The notes: generated by a model not told the origin, from the letters alone. 32,000 nt of DNA from Vibrio alginolyticus NBRC 15630 = ATCC 17749 (GCF_000354175.2 NC_022349.1:1200001-1232000), one strand, 5' to 3'; positions 18,141 through 28,287 are shown, numbered from the stretch's first letter. Numbers and translations are program-made.

Positions 18141-19091
18141 TTAGAACTTCACAAGGGCCGAGCCCCAAGTGAATCCGCCGCCAAACGCTTCAAGAAGCAG
18201 AGTTTGACCGCGTTTAATACGACCATCACGTACCGCTTCATCTAGTGCTGTTGGCACCGTCGCAGCTGATGTGTTGCCGTGTTTATCAAGTGTAATCACG
18301 ACTTGGTCTAGTGACATCGAAAGTTTCTTCGCTGTCGCTGAAATAATGCGGTAGTTCGCTTGGTGCGGCACTAGCCAGTCTAGTTCAGACTTATGCATGT
18401 TGTTGGCTTCAAGCGTATCTTTTACTAGTTTCGATAGCTGAGTTACAGCGACTTTGAATACTTCGTTCCCAGCCATATGAAGCCATTTATCCGCATCTTG
18501 CCCCCGCACAGGTACAGGTAGGCTTAGAAGCTCTCCGAATTGACCATCCGAGTATATGTGGGTAGAGATAATGCCAGGCTCTTGGCTAGCGCCTACGACA
18601 ACGGCTCCGGCACCATCACCAAATAGGATGATGGTTGAACGGTCTGTCGGATCACACGTTTTAGACAAAGCATCTGAACCAATCACAAGTACGTTTTTGC
18701 ACATACCAGATTTGATATGTTGGTCTGCAACAGATAATGCGTACACAAAACCAGAACAAGCAGCGGCTAAGTCAAAAGCTGGACAACCTTTAATGCCAAG
18801 CTTTGCCTGCACCTGACACGCAGATGAAGGGAAAGTATGGCTACTGCTCGTTGTGGCTACGATAATCAGGTCGATATCGTTTTTATCAATACCCGCCATA
18901 TCGATAGCGTTTTCAGCTGCGTAGAATGCCATGTCTGCTACAGTTTCGTTTTCTGCAGCAATTCGACGCTCTTTAATACCCGTGCGAGCAACGATCCACT
19001 CATCACTTGTATCTACCATTTTCTCTAGATCTGCGTTTGTACGCACCTGAGATGGCAGGTAGCTGCCAGTACCTAAAATTTTGCTATACAT
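18141..19091 (-). CDS. fabH: Beta-ketoacyl-ACP synthase III
   Basis: [19 protein letters not shown]-xRTGI-ERR, active-site AACSGF, HQAN, C-terminal GGGFTWG. Confidence 0.96.
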   Translation of the reverse strand: MYSKILGTGSYLPSQVRTNADLEKMVDTSDEWIVARTGIKERRIAAENETVADMAFYAAENAIDMAGIDKNDIDLIIVATTSSSHTFPSSACQVQAKLGIKGCPAFDLAAACSGFVYALSVADQHIKSGMCKNVLVIGSDALSKTCDPTDRSTIILFGDGAGAVVVGASQEPGIISTHIYSDGQFGELLSLPVPVRGQDADKWLHMAGNEVFKVAVTQLSKLVKDTLEANNMHKSELDWLVPHQANYRIISATAKKLSMSLDQVVITLDKHGNTSAATVPTALDEAVRDGRIKRGQTLLLEAFGGGFTWGSALVKF

Positions 19092-19096
19092 GAAGA

Positions 19097-20122
19097 CTAA
19101 TAATGCCTCTCGAGTAAAACCGCTTCCAAACGATCGCTAATACGGCTTGGTACTTGTCGTTTGACCTCGTGTACTGCCTCGCCAAGTGCATTGACAATCG
19201 CAGATACATCCGCACTTCCATGGCTTTTTATGACAATGCCGCGCAATCCTAGCAAACTTGCGCCGTTATACTGGTCGGGGTTCAGTGTTTTTAGTTCATT
19301 AAACAGCCTAGAAAACAACTTTCTAGCTATCCAACCCTTTATCGTTGATGCCATTATGCTGGTTTTAATTTTTTCGATAAAAAGTTGAGCTGTTCCCTCA
19401 CTGGCTTTTAAGCATACGTTGCCGACAAATCCATCACAAACAATGACGTCAGCAACATCATGCAAAATTTGATTACCTTCAATATAACCGACAAAGTTAA
19501 TCGCATCGGTCTGAGAAAGCATTTCTGCGCAACGTTTGACTAAATCGTTACCTTTAATCTCTTCTGCGCCAATATTGAGTACAGCAACGCGAGGAGGACG
19601 ACCCAAGTGTTCTTCAGCTAATGCACTGCCCATTACAGCAAATTGGAACAAGCTATCAGCATCGCACGATACATTCGCCCCCAGATCTAGCATCCAAGTA
19701 CGCTTTCCGGTAATCGTCGGTAAAGCGGAAACTAAAGCAGGACGTTCAATGCCAGGAAGTAACTTAAGAATGAAACGCGATAGTGCCATTAATGCACCGG
19801 TGTTGCCACCACTAACACAAGCATCCGCTTTCTGCTCAGAAACCAAATCGATAGCCATACGCATAGAACTATTTTGGCTATTACGTAACGCCAATGAAGG
19901 TTTTTCTGAGTTCGAGATAACTTTCTCGCTGTGAAGAATAGTCAAGCGGGAACTGGTCGAGGTACCGAGTTGAGATAATTGAGACGTGATCAGAGATTGA
20001 TCACCAATAAGAATCACTTTTAGCTCTGGGAAATGAGACAGTGCCTGCACGGCGGCAGGCACTGTTACGCGTGGACCGAAATCCCCGCCCATTGCATCAA
20101 GTGCAACGGTAATACTTTGCAA
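19097..20122 (-). CDS. plsX: Phosphate acyltransferase PlsX
   Basis: [12 protein letters not shown]-terminal motif, [10 protein letters not shown], and DGF-GNV. The ORF-track start (GTG at 20158) lies inside rpmF. A TTG at 20122-20120 gives [17 protein letters not shown], which aligns with the E. coli N-terminus and starts 10 nt after the rpmF stop. The exact start is inferred. Confidence 0.9.
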   Translation of the reverse strand: MQSITVALDAMGGDFGPRVTVPAAVQALSHFPELKVILIGDQSLITSQLSQLGTSTSSRLTILHSEKVISNSEKPSLALRNSQNSSMRMAIDLVSEQKADACVSGGNTGALMALSRFILKLLPGIERPALVSALPTITGKRTWMLDLGANVSCDADSLFQFAVMGSALAEEHLGRPPRVAVLNIGAEEIKGNDLVKRCAEMLSQTDAINFVGYIEGNQILHDVADVIVCDGFVGNVCLKASEGTAQLFIEKIKTSIMASTIKGWIARKLFSRLFNELKTLNPDQYNGASLLGLRGIVIKSHGSADVSAIVNALGEAVHEVKRQVPSRISDRLEAVLLERHY

Positions 20123-20132
20123 AGGTTCAACC

Positions 20133-20303
20133 TTACTTGTTGATAACCTTTTGACCACGGTAGTAACCTTCAGCAGTTACGTTGTGGCGTAGGTGAGTTT
20201 CACCAGAAGTCGCGTCTACAGATAGAGCAGCTGTAGTTAGCGCATCGTGTGAACGACGCATACCGCGCTTAGAACGAGTTTTACGGTTTTTCTGTACGGC
20301 CAT
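20133..20303 (-). CDS. rpmF: 50S ribosomal protein L32 (56 aa, below the ORF-track cutoff)
   Basis: Hand translation gives [56 protein letters not shown]-stop. This is collinear with E. coli L32 ([22 protein letters not shown]...GYYRG-KVI). AGGAG lies 8 nt upstream. Confidence 0.93.
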   Translation of the reverse strand: MAVQKNRKTRSKRGMRRSHDALTTAALSVDATSGETHLRHNVTAEGYYRGQKVINK

Positions 20304-20362
20304 TGACCCTACTCCTATACTATTGGGTTAAAAACCTGAAGAAGAATCGGCTACCACACCTA

Positions 20363-20887
20363 TTACTTTTTCAGACTTTTCAAAACGTCGAATGGATTCG
20401 GTTTTTCTTCCTCAATTTCTTCAGGAATCTCACCAAAAACCATGTTATTTGAATCAACGCTACAATCCGCTTCATCGTGCATCGCAATTTGAGGTAATGC
20501 TAAGATGAACTCGTCTTCAACAAGTTGTATGAGGTCTAATTCACCATATTCATTTAGATCTACCAAATCATAAATTTCTGGTGCTTCCTGTTCTGTTTTC
20601 TCACCGTAGTAAGGAGTAGAAAGGAATTCAACTTCGCACTCATGTGCGAATACCTCATTACAACGCTGACACTCTAAATCGACTTCGATGTTAGCTTTAC
20701 CAGAGATAACAACGAGTCGCTGTTCATCCATCCCAAATGACAATGAGACTTCTGCGTCGCGTTTTACGCCTTCAGTTGTTTCCACTAAGCGCTTGAAAAG
20801 ACTAGCTTGGATGATGCCATCGTAATCCAATCGTTTCTGTGCAGCTTTAGCTGGGTCAACCGTTCGCGGTATTTTTACCTTTTGCAT
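20363..20887 (-). CDS. yceD: YceD (DUF177) 23S rRNA accumulation protein
   Basis: 174 aa acidic protein with a C-x-R-C ... C pattern and N-terminus MQKVK-P-x-DP-K-A. Conserved position immediately upstream of rpmF. Confidence 0.9.
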   Translation of the reverse strand: MQKVKIPRTVDPAKAAQKRLDYDGIIQASLFKRLVETTEGVKRDAEVSLSFGMDEQRLVVISGKANIEVDLECQRCNEVFAHECEVEFLSTPYYGEKTEQEAPEIYDLVDLNEYGELDLIQLVEDEFILALPQIAMHDEADCSVDSNNMVFGEIPEEIEEEKPNPFDVLKSLKK

Positions 20888-21036
20888 AGGGCGCGAATAT
20901 TATCTTCCAAATCAAAATTAGTCAAAGAAAAAGGCAAAAAAGTTGTACTTTTTTACGCTTAACATACAGAGCATTAGCCAGAATCATTTTTGATCGATTA
21001 TCCTATTGGAAATGCTCCCACGAATTGTAATTCAAA

Positions 21037-21618
21037 ATGAAAAATTACCAACTGGTTTTAGCCTCAACTTCCCCTTTTCGTAAACAACTGCTTGAAAAGC
21101 TCTCACTACCATTCGTTTGTTTACCACCTGATTGCGATGAAACACCTTTTGACCAAGAAACGCCAACTGAACTTGTGCAGAGACTGGCCCAAGAGAAAGC
21201 AATATCTTGCCAGACGGATAAAGCAAGTTTAGTTATCGGCAGTGACCAAGTTTGTGTCATTAATGGTGAAATCGTTGGCAAGCCTTTAAATAGAGATAAC
21301 GCGATAAATCAACTTTTGGCTCAAAGTGGAAAAGTCATCACTTTCTATACTGGTCTTGCGGTACATAACACCGTGACAAACCATACAGAAGTCGGCTTTG
21401 ATTCTTTCGAGGTGCACTTTAGAGATTTAACGCTTGAACAAATCGAACGCTACGTCGACAGGGAAGAACCTTTTTACTGCGCAGGCAGCTTTAAAAGCGA
21501 AGGCATGGGAATTTGCTTGTTTACGAAATTAGTCGGTAAAGACCCGAACACACTTGTCGGACTACCATTGATTGATTTGATTGATATGTTGAATGTTCAA
21601 GGACTCGATGTCCTTTAA
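21037..21618 (+). CDS. yceF: Maf-like nucleoside triphosphate pyrophosphatase (YceF type)
   Basis: LASTSP-R-xLL N-terminal motif, GSDQV, and YCAGS-K-EG. Divergent from yceD as in E. coli. Confidence 0.9.
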   Translation: MKNYQLVLASTSPFRKQLLEKLSLPFVCLPPDCDETPFDQETPTELVQRLAQEKAISCQTDKASLVIGSDQVCVINGEIVGKPLNRDNAINQLLAQSGKVITFYTGLAVHNTVTNHTEVGFDSFEVHFRDLTLEQIERYVDREEPFYCAGSFKSEGMGICLFTKLVGKDPNTLVGLPLIDLIDMLNVQGLDVL

Positions 21619-21630
21619 CCCAAATACGAT

Positions 21631-21655
21631 AAAAGGGAGCCACAGGCTCCCTTTT
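21631..21655. terminator. Bidirectional rho-independent terminator (yceF / rluC convergent junction)
   Basis: AAAA-GGGAGCC (21635-21641) - ACA - GGCTCCC (21645-21651) - TTTT. Confidence 0.8.
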
Positions 21656-21676
21656 GCATCCGCGAGGAAAACATGG

Positions 21677-22621
21677 TTACGCGTTTCTTAAACCCGCCAA
21701 CACTTTTTCTAGTTTCGGTTCCATCGGTGCGTTGATTTCCATCCACTCATCATTTGATGGGTGTTGGAACTTGATGTTTGCCGCGTGTAGGAACAAACGA
21801 TCTAAACCAACTTGACCTGTGTAAGCATCAAAGCGACGATCACCGTAGCGATCATCCCAAGCGATTGGGTGACCAGTGTATTGCGTATGAACTCGTATTT
21901 GGTGAGTTCGACCAGTAATCGGACTCGCCTGAATCAATGTAGCTTGTTCGAACTTTTCCAAAATCTTAAAACGCGTTTCTGACGGCTTACCATTAGGGTT
22001 AACACGAACAATACTGTTCACTTCGTTTTTGAGCAGTGGCGCGTTCACAACCTTACAACTGCTTTTCCATTGCCCCATGACAAGAGCTAAGTAAAACTTC
22101 TTTACTGTCTTTTCACGAAACTGGGCTTGCAAGTGACGAAGTGCAGAACGCTTTTTAGCAACCAGCAAAATCCCTGAAGTATCACGGTCAATACGATGCA
22201 CAAGTTCAAGAAAGCGAGCTTGAGGACGCAGAGCCCTAAGCGCTTCAATCGCACCAAACTTTAAACCACTGCCACCATGCACAGCGGTGCCAGATGGTTT
22301 GTTTAGAATCAACATATGGTCATCTTCGAAGATAATCATATTTTCCAACTCAGCGACTTTGTTAAGTTTCGTACTTGGTGCGACATCGTCATCTTTTTTC
22401 TCGACGGTCACCGGTGGAATACGAACGAGATCGCCTGCTTTTAACTTGTACTCTGCTTTTATACGCTTTTTATTTACGCGCACTTCGCCCTTACGCACAA
22501 TTCGGTAAATCATGCTTTTAGGAATGTCTTTTAATTGGTTGCGCAAAAAATTATCAATGCGCTGACCCGCCATATCTTCGTCGATGTCGACGAACTGGAC
22601 TTTTGTTCTTATTTCGTTCAT
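21677..22621 (-). CDS. rluC: 23S rRNA pseudouridine synthase RluC
   Basis: S4 domain (AGQRIDNFLR-QLK-xPKSMIYR-xRKGEVRVNKKR), catalytic HRLDRDTSG-type motif (HRIDRDTSG), and TGRTHQIRVH. From the ATG at 22621 the N-terminus has exactly the same length (18 aa) before GQRIDNF as E. coli RluC. The ORF-track start (GTG at 22783) adds 54 unsupported codons. Confidence 0.9.
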   Translation of the reverse strand: MNEIRTKVQFVDIDEDMAGQRIDNFLRNQLKDIPKSMIYRIVRKGEVRVNKKRIKAEYKLKAGDLVRIPPVTVEKKDDDVAPSTKLNKVAELENMIIFEDDHMLILNKPSGTAVHGGSGLKFGAIEALRALRPQARFLELVHRIDRDTSGILLVAKKRSALRHLQAQFREKTVKKFYLALVMGQWKSSCKVVNAPLLKNEVNSIVRVNPNGKPSETRFKILEKFEQATLIQASPITGRTHQIRVHTQYTGHPIAWDDRYGDRRFDAYTGQVGLDRLFLHAANIKFQHPSNDEWMEINAPMEPKLEKVLAGLRNA

Positions 22622-22984
22622 GGGCGGTATTGTAAACTCAATTTCGTGCGACTTCACATTATTCTTGTCGTAAAAGAAACACTCGGTGGCACATACTGGT
22701 CTAAATTTCGCCAAGCTTTTGTTTAAATTATTAAAACTCTCAATCAAGTTCTCAATTTGTTTTCTGTCTTGAACAGTTTGCACATCTCAATTGCTTATGA
22801 AACAGCCAGTTATAAAATAGAAATTTTGAGTTTAGCGGCAAATTTTCTATCGTTTGCGTGAAAGCAGATTGCTGATAGCCACGCGCACTGCTATAGTTCA
22901 CAGCTGCTAAGGAAGGTTTGGTTACATTTTATTCATTACCAATCATTTATCCTCAAGCAATGTGAGTAGATCGTTGAAGGTCGA

Positions 22985-23260
22985 GTGCAGCATTGGCGTG
23001 AGACACATCGAATTCAACACTCTTGCCACCCTACTCCTCGCATATTCACGTTGAGTACCTACCGCCCAAATAGCGGGTCACAAGTCTACGTTTCCAACAG
23101 AAACCACAAGAGGCTTGTGATGACTGAAGTGCCCGAGAGCATCCCCTTCCAGCCGGGAGGCTGCAAAATACAAGCCATGGGATCAGGCACCGTGAAAGAG
23201 CGAAAAAACAGTGGCAAGTCGACAAGAAAGATATAAAAGAAAAGACAACGAGAATTTTCA
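22985..23260 (+). promoter_or_regulatory. Putative structured 5' leader of rne (autoregulatory-UTR analogue)
   Basis: This is a relatively GC-rich stretch inside a 477-bp intergenic region, open in frames on both strands but without SD or start context. It has nested complementary segments: GTGCC (23129-33) with GGCAC (23186-90), ATCCC (23141-45) with GGGAT (23179-83), and CAGCC (23150-54) with GGCTG (23159-63) around loop GGGA. There is also CACAAG-AGG-CTTGTG (23105-23119). E. coli rne has a 361-nt structured leader used for feedback control. Leader boundaries and the TSS are not determined here. Confidence 0.45.
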
Positions 23261-26200
23261 ATGAAAAGAATGTTAATTAACGCAACTCAAAAAGAAGAGT
23301 TGCGTGTCGCTCTGGTTGATGGCCAGCGACTTTTCGATCTTGATATCGAGAGTCCAGGTCATGAATCTAAAAAAGCGAATATCTACAAAGGACGTATCAC
23401 ACGTATCGAACCAAGCTTAGAAGCCGCATTTGTTGATTACGGCGCCGAGCGTCACGGTTTCCTCCCTCTCAAAGAAATTGCCCGCGAATATTTCCCTGAA
23501 GGTTACACCTACCAAGGTCGTCCAAGCATCAAAGAAGTGCTAACGGAAGGCCAAGAAGTTATCGTTCAAGTGGAAAAAGAAGAACGTGGAAGCAAGGGCG
23601 CAGCTCTTACTACTTTCATTTCTCTTGCTGGTAGTTACCTTGTTCTGATGCCTAACAACCCTCGTGCTGGCGGTATTTCTCGTCGAATCGAAGGTGACGA
23701 GCGTACTCAACTAAAAGCCGCATTAAGTACTTTGGAACTGCCTCAGGGCATGGGCCTAATCGTACGTACTGCTGGCGTTGGCAAGAGTGCTGAAGAGCTT
23801 GAGTGGGATTTGAATGTACTACTTAACCACTGGGGTGCAATCAAAGGTGCAGCGGACTCTAACCCTGCTCCATTCTTAATCCACCAAGAAAGTAACGTTA
23901 TCGTTCGTGCAATCCGTGACTATTTGCGTCGTGATATTGGCGAAATCTTAATTGATAGCAACACCATCTACGAACGTGCAAAAGAGCACATTCAATTGGT
24001 GCGCCCTGATTTCCTTAACCGCGTTAAGAAATATGAAGGCGAAGTTCCACTATTCAGCCACTACCAAATCGAAAGCCAAATTGAATCGGCTTTCCAACGT
24101 GAAGTGCGTCTGCCATCTGGTGGTTCTATTGTTATTGACCCGACTGAAGCACTAACGTCTATCGATATCAACTCTGCTCGTGCAACCAAGGGCGGCGATA
24201 TTGAAGAAACAGCTCTAAACACGAACCTAGAAGCAGCCGACGAAATTGCTCGCCAATTACGTCTACGTGACTTGGGTGGCTTAGTGGTTATCGACTTTAT
24301 CGATATGACCCCAGTTCGTCACCAACGAGAAGTAGAAAACCGTCTACGTGAAGCCGTTCGTCTTGATCGCGCTCGTGTACAAATCGGTCGTATTTCTCGC
24401 TTTGGTTTGTTGGAGATGTCACGCCAGCGCTTGAGCCCTTCTCTTGCAGAAGCAAGCCATCACATCTGTCCTCGCTGTAGCGGAACTGGTGTCGTTCGCG
24501 ACAACGAATCTCTAGCACTTTCTGTACTTCGTTTAATTGAAGAGGAAGCGCTAAAAGACAACACAGCACAAGTACTTGCAGTCGTACCTGTGCCAATCGC
24601 CTCTTACTTATTGAACGAAAAACGTCGTTCAGTAAACCATATCGAACGCATTCAAGAAGTGAAAATTACGGTTGTTCCTAACTCTGATATGGAAACACCG
24701 CACTTTGAAGTTATCCGTGTTCGTGAAGGCGAAGAGTTCGATCTGATTTCTTACTTACTTCCTAAGAAACTGGAAGCAATGAAAGAAGCAGAAGGTAAAG
24801 AGCCAGCGGAAGTTGACGTAAAACCAAAACGAATTGAAGAGCCAGTTCTTAAAGGCTTTGCTGCTCCGTCTCAAACCGCACCTGCACCAGCAGCTAAACC
24901 AGCTCCTGAGGCGAAGAAGAAAGAACAAGACGTTGAACAAGAAGAGAAACCTGGATTGTTCAGCCGTCTGTTTAAAGCACTTGGTAGCTTCCTATTCGGT
25001 GGTTCTGAAGAAACAAAAGAAGAACAGAAACCTCAGGAAGAGAAAAAACCAAATCGCGATAATCGACGTAACAAACGTGATCGCAACGATCGTCGTCGCA
25101 ATAACAACCAGCGTGATAATCGTGATAACCGCGACAATCGCGATAACCGACGTCGTCGTAAGCCTCGTGATGAGCAGGCTAATGAGCAAAACGAAGCTCA
25201 ACAACAAACAAATAAACCGCAAAACCGTAACCAAAAGCGTAAACCTAAAGCTCAACAGGCAGATAAAGCCCAAGAGCAGAAAGCAAACGCAAAAGTAGCG
25301 GAAAAAGGTCTGCAGCTAGCAGCGGAAGCTCGTACTGAAACAAAACCAGAAGAGAGCAAACCGAAGCAGCAAAATGCGAAAGCAGAAAAAGTGAAAGAGC
25401 GCCGCCAACGTCGCAAATTGAACAAGTCTGTACGCGTTAAGGACCAAGAAGCTATTGAGAAGAAAGCCGAAGAAACAGCGGTTAAGACTCAAGAAACGGT
25501 TGAAGCTAAAGTTGAAAAGCCAACAGAAGCAGCGGTAGAGGCACAGCAAGACAACAAGCAAGCAGAGTCTAAGCAACGTCGTAATCGTCGTTCGCCACGT
25601 CACCTGCGTGCAAGCGGCCAGCGTCGTCGCCGTGGCCGTGATCGCCGCCCTAACCCATTCCGCCTACGTAAGGGAGGTGTCGCTTCTCCTGAAATGGCTA
25701 TGGGTAAAGTAATGCCACGTTACATTCCGAAACCAGCACCTAAGAAGGAAGAGCGAGTTAAGGAAGAAGCTGTAGCAGCAGTACCTGCAATCCAAGGTGG
25801 CTTTGCTTGTCCAGAAATGGCAATGGGTAAAGTGATTATTCGTCGCGAGCAGCCTGTCGTAACAGATGCGCCAGTTGTTGAACACAAGGTTCAAGAAACC
25901 GTTGAAGCGAAAGTGGAAGCTCCAGTAGTAGAAGCACCCGTTGTGGAAACAGTAATCACAGAAAAAGCTGAATCAGCAGTAATAGAAACAGCCTCGGTAG
26001 AGCCTATCGTTGAAACTCCTGTAACTGAACATGCTGAACCGGTTGATGCCATTGTAGAAACGGCACCTGCTGAAGAGCCTATCGTTGAAGCAGAAAAAGA
26101 GATTGCGGCCGAAGCGCCAGTAGATAAACCAGAGCCTAAAGTCGAAGCCATTAAAGTTGCGGCTAAGCTAAACGCTAGCGCACCGATGACGAAAGCACCT

Positions 26201-26335
26201 GGCCCTCAAGAGCTACGCGAAATCACGGTTGCAGCAGCACCGTTCAAAACCGAACGTTACCAAGCTAAAGGTGCTGGTAGCCAAGTGGCTAAAAACCGTG
26301 CATCGGCAGAGATGACAAAGCCTAACTTTAACTAG
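23261..26335 (+). CDS. rne: Ribonuclease E
   Basis: The N-terminal catalytic half is collinear with E. coli RNase E ([30 protein letters not shown]1 domain, DNase I-like region, Zn-link CPRCSGTG). The C-terminal half has an amphipathic membrane-targeting-like helix ([17 protein letters not shown]), Arg-rich segments ([12 protein letters not shown]..., [18 protein letters not shown]), PEMAMGKV microdomains and an acidic V/E/P-rich tail ending in an SAPMTKAP... segment like the E. coli C-terminus. Confidence 0.97.
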   Translation: MKRMLINATQKEELRVALVDGQRLFDLDIESPGHESKKANIYKGRITRIEPSLEAAFVDYGAERHGFLPLKEIAREYFPEGYTYQGRPSIKEVLTEGQEVIVQVEKEERGSKGAALTTFISLAGSYLVLMPNNPRAGGISRRIEGDERTQLKAALSTLELPQGMGLIVRTAGVGKSAEELEWDLNVLLNHWGAIKGAADSNPAPFLIHQESNVIVRAIRDYLRRDIGEILIDSNTIYERAKEHIQLVRPDFLNRVKKYEGEVPLFSHYQIESQIESAFQREVRLPSGGSIVIDPTEALTSIDINSARATKGGDIEETALNTNLEAADEIARQLRLRDLGGLVVIDFIDMTPVRHQREVENRLREAVRLDRARVQIGRISRFGLLEMSRQRLSPSLAEASHHICPRCSGTGVVRDNESLALSVLRLIEEEALKDNTAQVLAVVPVPIASYLLNEKRRSVNHIERIQEVKITVVPNSDMETPHFEVIRVREGEEFDLISYLLPKKLEAMKEAEGKEPAEVDVKPKRIEEPVLKGFAAPSQTAPAPAAKPAPEAKKKEQDVEQEEKPGLFSRLFKALGSFLFGGSEETKEEQKPQEEKKPNRDNRRNKRDRNDRRRNNNQRDNRDNRDNRDNRRRRKPRDEQANEQNEAQQQTNKPQNRNQKRKPKAQQADKAQEQKANAKVAEKGLQLAAEARTETKPEESKPKQQNAKAEKVKERRQRRKLNKSVRVKDQEAIEKKAEETAVKTQETVEAKVEKPTEAAVEAQQDNKQAESKQRRNRRSPRHLRASGQRRRRGRDRRPNPFRLRKGGVASPEMAMGKVMPRYIPKPAPKKEERVKEEAVAAVPAIQGGFACPEMAMGKVIIRREQPVVTDAPVVEHKVQETVEAKVEAPVVEAPVVETVITEKAESAVIETASVEPIVETPVTEHAEPVDAIVETAPAEEPIVEAEKEIAAEAPVDKPEPKVEAIKVAAKLNASAPMTKAPGPQELREITVAAAPFKTERYQAKGAGSQVAKNRASAEMTKPNFN
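25115..25150 (+). repeat. In-frame 9-nt tandem repeat (GAY-AAY-CGN x4 = DNR x4) inside rne
   Basis: gataatcgt gataaccgc gacaatcgc gataaccga, read directly. It sits in the Arg/Asn/Asp-rich segment spanning 25052-25171. Confidence 0.8.
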
Positions 26336-26377
26336 GCTAAATCATTACGTTCAACTGCTTAACGGCATAAATAAATT

Positions 26378-26404
26378 AAAGGCTACCATCTGGTAGCCTT
26401 TTTT
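26378..26404 (+). terminator. Rho-independent terminator of rne
   Basis: GGCTACCA (26381-88) - TC - TGGTAGCC (26391-98), followed by TTTTTT (26399-26404). It lies 43 nt after the rne stop. Confidence 0.85.
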
Positions 26405-26667
26405 ATCTTCATATTTGCCCAATAAATTGTTCATATAAATACCAATTCGTGATCACATTTGTACGCCATTATTCGTATCATTCTTGAACTTAATCACACT
26501 TTTCGGTAGCATGCGCCGACTCAAGTTTTCGACACCATTCTGATGCTGCTCTTTTAATACTACGGTTTACACTGCAATGTTTGATTAAAAATCAACCTTC
26601 CAGTGGCTTGTGCAAATACGAATATGTGTCGGGTTTAACTCATTGCAAAGAGAACTTAAAAACAAAC

Positions 26668-28227
26668 ATGTTCGAATTTCCCCAATTTTCTAAGCACTCC
26701 GTAAAAAATGATGTGCTATCAGGCCTAACCGTTGCGCTAGCATTGGTTCCTGAAGCTGTCGCATTTGCGTTCGTCGCAGGCGTAGATCCGATGGTCGGTC
26801 TTTACGCTGCATTCATCGTTGGTCTTATTACTTCCATTTTCGGTGGTCGTCCTGGCATGATTTCTGGTGCAACAGGTGCCATGGCAGTCGTAATGGTTTC
26901 GCTTGTCGCGACTCACGGTGTCCAGTACCTATTCGCAGCCATCATGCTCGCTGGTATTCTTCAAATTGCCGCTGGTATGTTTAAATTGGGTAAGTTCATC
27001 CGTATCGTACCTCACCCTGTGATGATCGGTTTTGTGAACGGTCTGGCTATTGTTATCTTCCTAGCTCAGTTGGGTCAGTTTAAAGCGCCAGACATCAACG
27101 GCATGCTTACTTGGCTACCACAAGACCAGATGCTGCTAATGCTTGGTTTGGTTGCGCTGACTATGGCAATCATTCACTTTCTACCAAAAATCACAACAGC
27201 TGTACCCTCTTCACTTGTTGCGATCGTAACGGTGACGGCTTTAGTGGTTGGCTTGGATCTGGAAACTCGTACTGTTGTTGACTTCCTGCGTACAATGTCT
27301 GGAGATGAAGCTGCAACACTCGCTGGTTCACTACCAACCTTCTCTATTCCTGCGGTACCATTTACGCTAGAAACTCTACAAATCATTCTTCCATACGCGA
27401 TCATTCTAGCGGCCATTGGTCTAATTGAATCTCTACTAACACTGACAGTTTTAGATGAGATGACGAATACTCGTGGTCAATCTAACCGCGAATGTATCGG
27501 TCAAGGTATGGCAAACATGACGTGTTCTGTGTTTGGCGCAATGGGTGGTTGTGCGATGATTGGTCAGTCGATGATCAACGTAAACTCAGGTGGTCGCGGC
27601 CGTCTATCTGGTATCGTTGCGGCTATCGCTCTATTGATGTTTATCTTATTCGCTTCTTCGCTAATTGAAATGATCCCACTCGCTGCTCTGGTTGGTGTGA
27701 TGTTCATGGTTGTCATTGGTACATTCGAATGGGCAACATTTAAGCTAGCACGCCGCGTACCGAAGCAAGACTTCTTCGTTATTGTTCTTGTGACCGTTGT
27801 TACTGTTCTTACTGACCTTGCTGTTGCCGTAGCGGTTGGTGTTATCGTTTCTGCATTAATGTTTGCATGGCAACACGCTAAGCACATCTATGCCGACACG
27901 TGCTTAAACGAGGAAGGTTCAAAAGAGTACAAGATTCACGGCCCTATTTTCTTTGGCTCTGCGGCTAACTTCCTGGAGTTGTTTAACGCGCCTGAAGATC
28001 CAAAAGATGTGATTGTCGATTTTGCAGACTCTCGCGTGACAGATCACTCTGCAATTGAAGCCATTGAAACACTGGCTGAGCGTTACAATGCTCAAGGTAA
28101 AACGCTGCACCTTCGTCACCTAAGCCCAGATTGTCGTAAACTTTTGGACAAAGCTGGCAGCTTGGTTGAAATTAACGTGAAGGAAGACCCAAGCTACAAA
28201 GTCGCAACCGACATACTAGCGGGTTAA
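26668..28227 (+). CDS. SulP-family inorganic anion transporter with C-terminal STAS domain
   Basis: The N-terminus [24 protein letters not shown] is typical of SulP. The protein has a multi-TM core and a C-terminal STAS-like region ([14 protein letters not shown][11 protein letters not shown]). The ORF-track start at 26581 is a TTG, and the ATG at 26668 (MFEFPQF) is preferred. The SD is weak. Confidence 0.9.
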   Translation: MFEFPQFSKHSVKNDVLSGLTVALALVPEAVAFAFVAGVDPMVGLYAAFIVGLITSIFGGRPGMISGATGAMAVVMVSLVATHGVQYLFAAIMLAGILQIAAGMFKLGKFIRIVPHPVMIGFVNGLAIVIFLAQLGQFKAPDINGMLTWLPQDQMLLMLGLVALTMAIIHFLPKITTAVPSSLVAIVTVTALVVGLDLETRTVVDFLRTMSGDEAATLAGSLPTFSIPAVPFTLETLQIILPYAIILAAIGLIESLLTLTVLDEMTNTRGQSNRECIGQGMANMTCSVFGAMGGCAMIGQSMINVNSGGRGRLSGIVAAIALLMFILFASSLIEMIPLAALVGVMFMVVIGTFEWATFKLARRVPKQDFFVIVLVTVVTVLTDLAVAVAVGVIVSALMFAWQHAKHIYADTCLNEEGSKEYKIHGPIFFGSAANFLELFNAPEDPKDVIVDFADSRVTDHSAIEAIETLAERYNAQGKTLHLRHLSPDCRKLLDKAGSLVEINVKEDPSYKVATDILAG

Positions 28228-28234
28228 CACGAAT

Positions 28235-28265
28235 AAAAAGGGATGAGCTGAGCTCACCCCTTTTT
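28235..28265. terminator. Bidirectional terminator (SulP / phosphatase convergent junction)
   Basis: AAAAA-GGGATGAGC (28240-48) - TGA - GCTCACCCC (28252-60) - TTTTT, with one A-C mismatch in the stem. Confidence 0.65.
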
Positions 28266-28287
28266 CTATTGTCTTCAAGCACGGTGA

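Noticed and set aside
22622-22783. 54-codon in-frame N-terminal extension of rluC (GTG at 22783).
   Set aside because: The extension has no similarity to RluC. From the ATG at 22621 the distance to the GQRIDNF motif equals that in E. coli RluC exactly (18 aa). The extension is AT-rich, promoter-like DNA. Its being open is mildly unexpected but within chance.
22985-23261. 83-aa (+) and 71-aa (-) ORFs in the rluC-rne intergenic region as possible genes.
   Set aside because: Both strands are open over the same stretch, neither ORF has an SD, and the predicted proteins look random. The region is better explained as a structured rne 5' leader.
24834-25298. 154-aa alternative-frame ORF inside rne, together with the minus-strand ORFs 24755-24940, 24992-25273, 25316-25603 and 25664-25894.
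   Set aside because: These are artefacts of the stop-poor, low-complexity AAR/CGN/GAY-rich scaffold-coding region. The translations are repetitive nonsense (K/R/N or F/L/C runs), and the main frame is clearly RNase E.
25891-26151. 86-aa minus-strand ORF (STGAST-rich) antisense to the acidic V/E/P tail of rne.
   Set aside because: It is the mirror image of GAA/GTT/GCN-rich codons and has no start context.
26581-26667. TTG-initiated 29-codon extension of the SulP transporter. The mlc 1574-1603 TTG extension and the 8141-8152 TTG extension of the small OMP are similar cases.
   Set aside because: The downstream ATG starts give N-termini typical of the families (signal peptide, Mlc N-terminus, SulP N-terminus). 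The extensions add unrelated residues.
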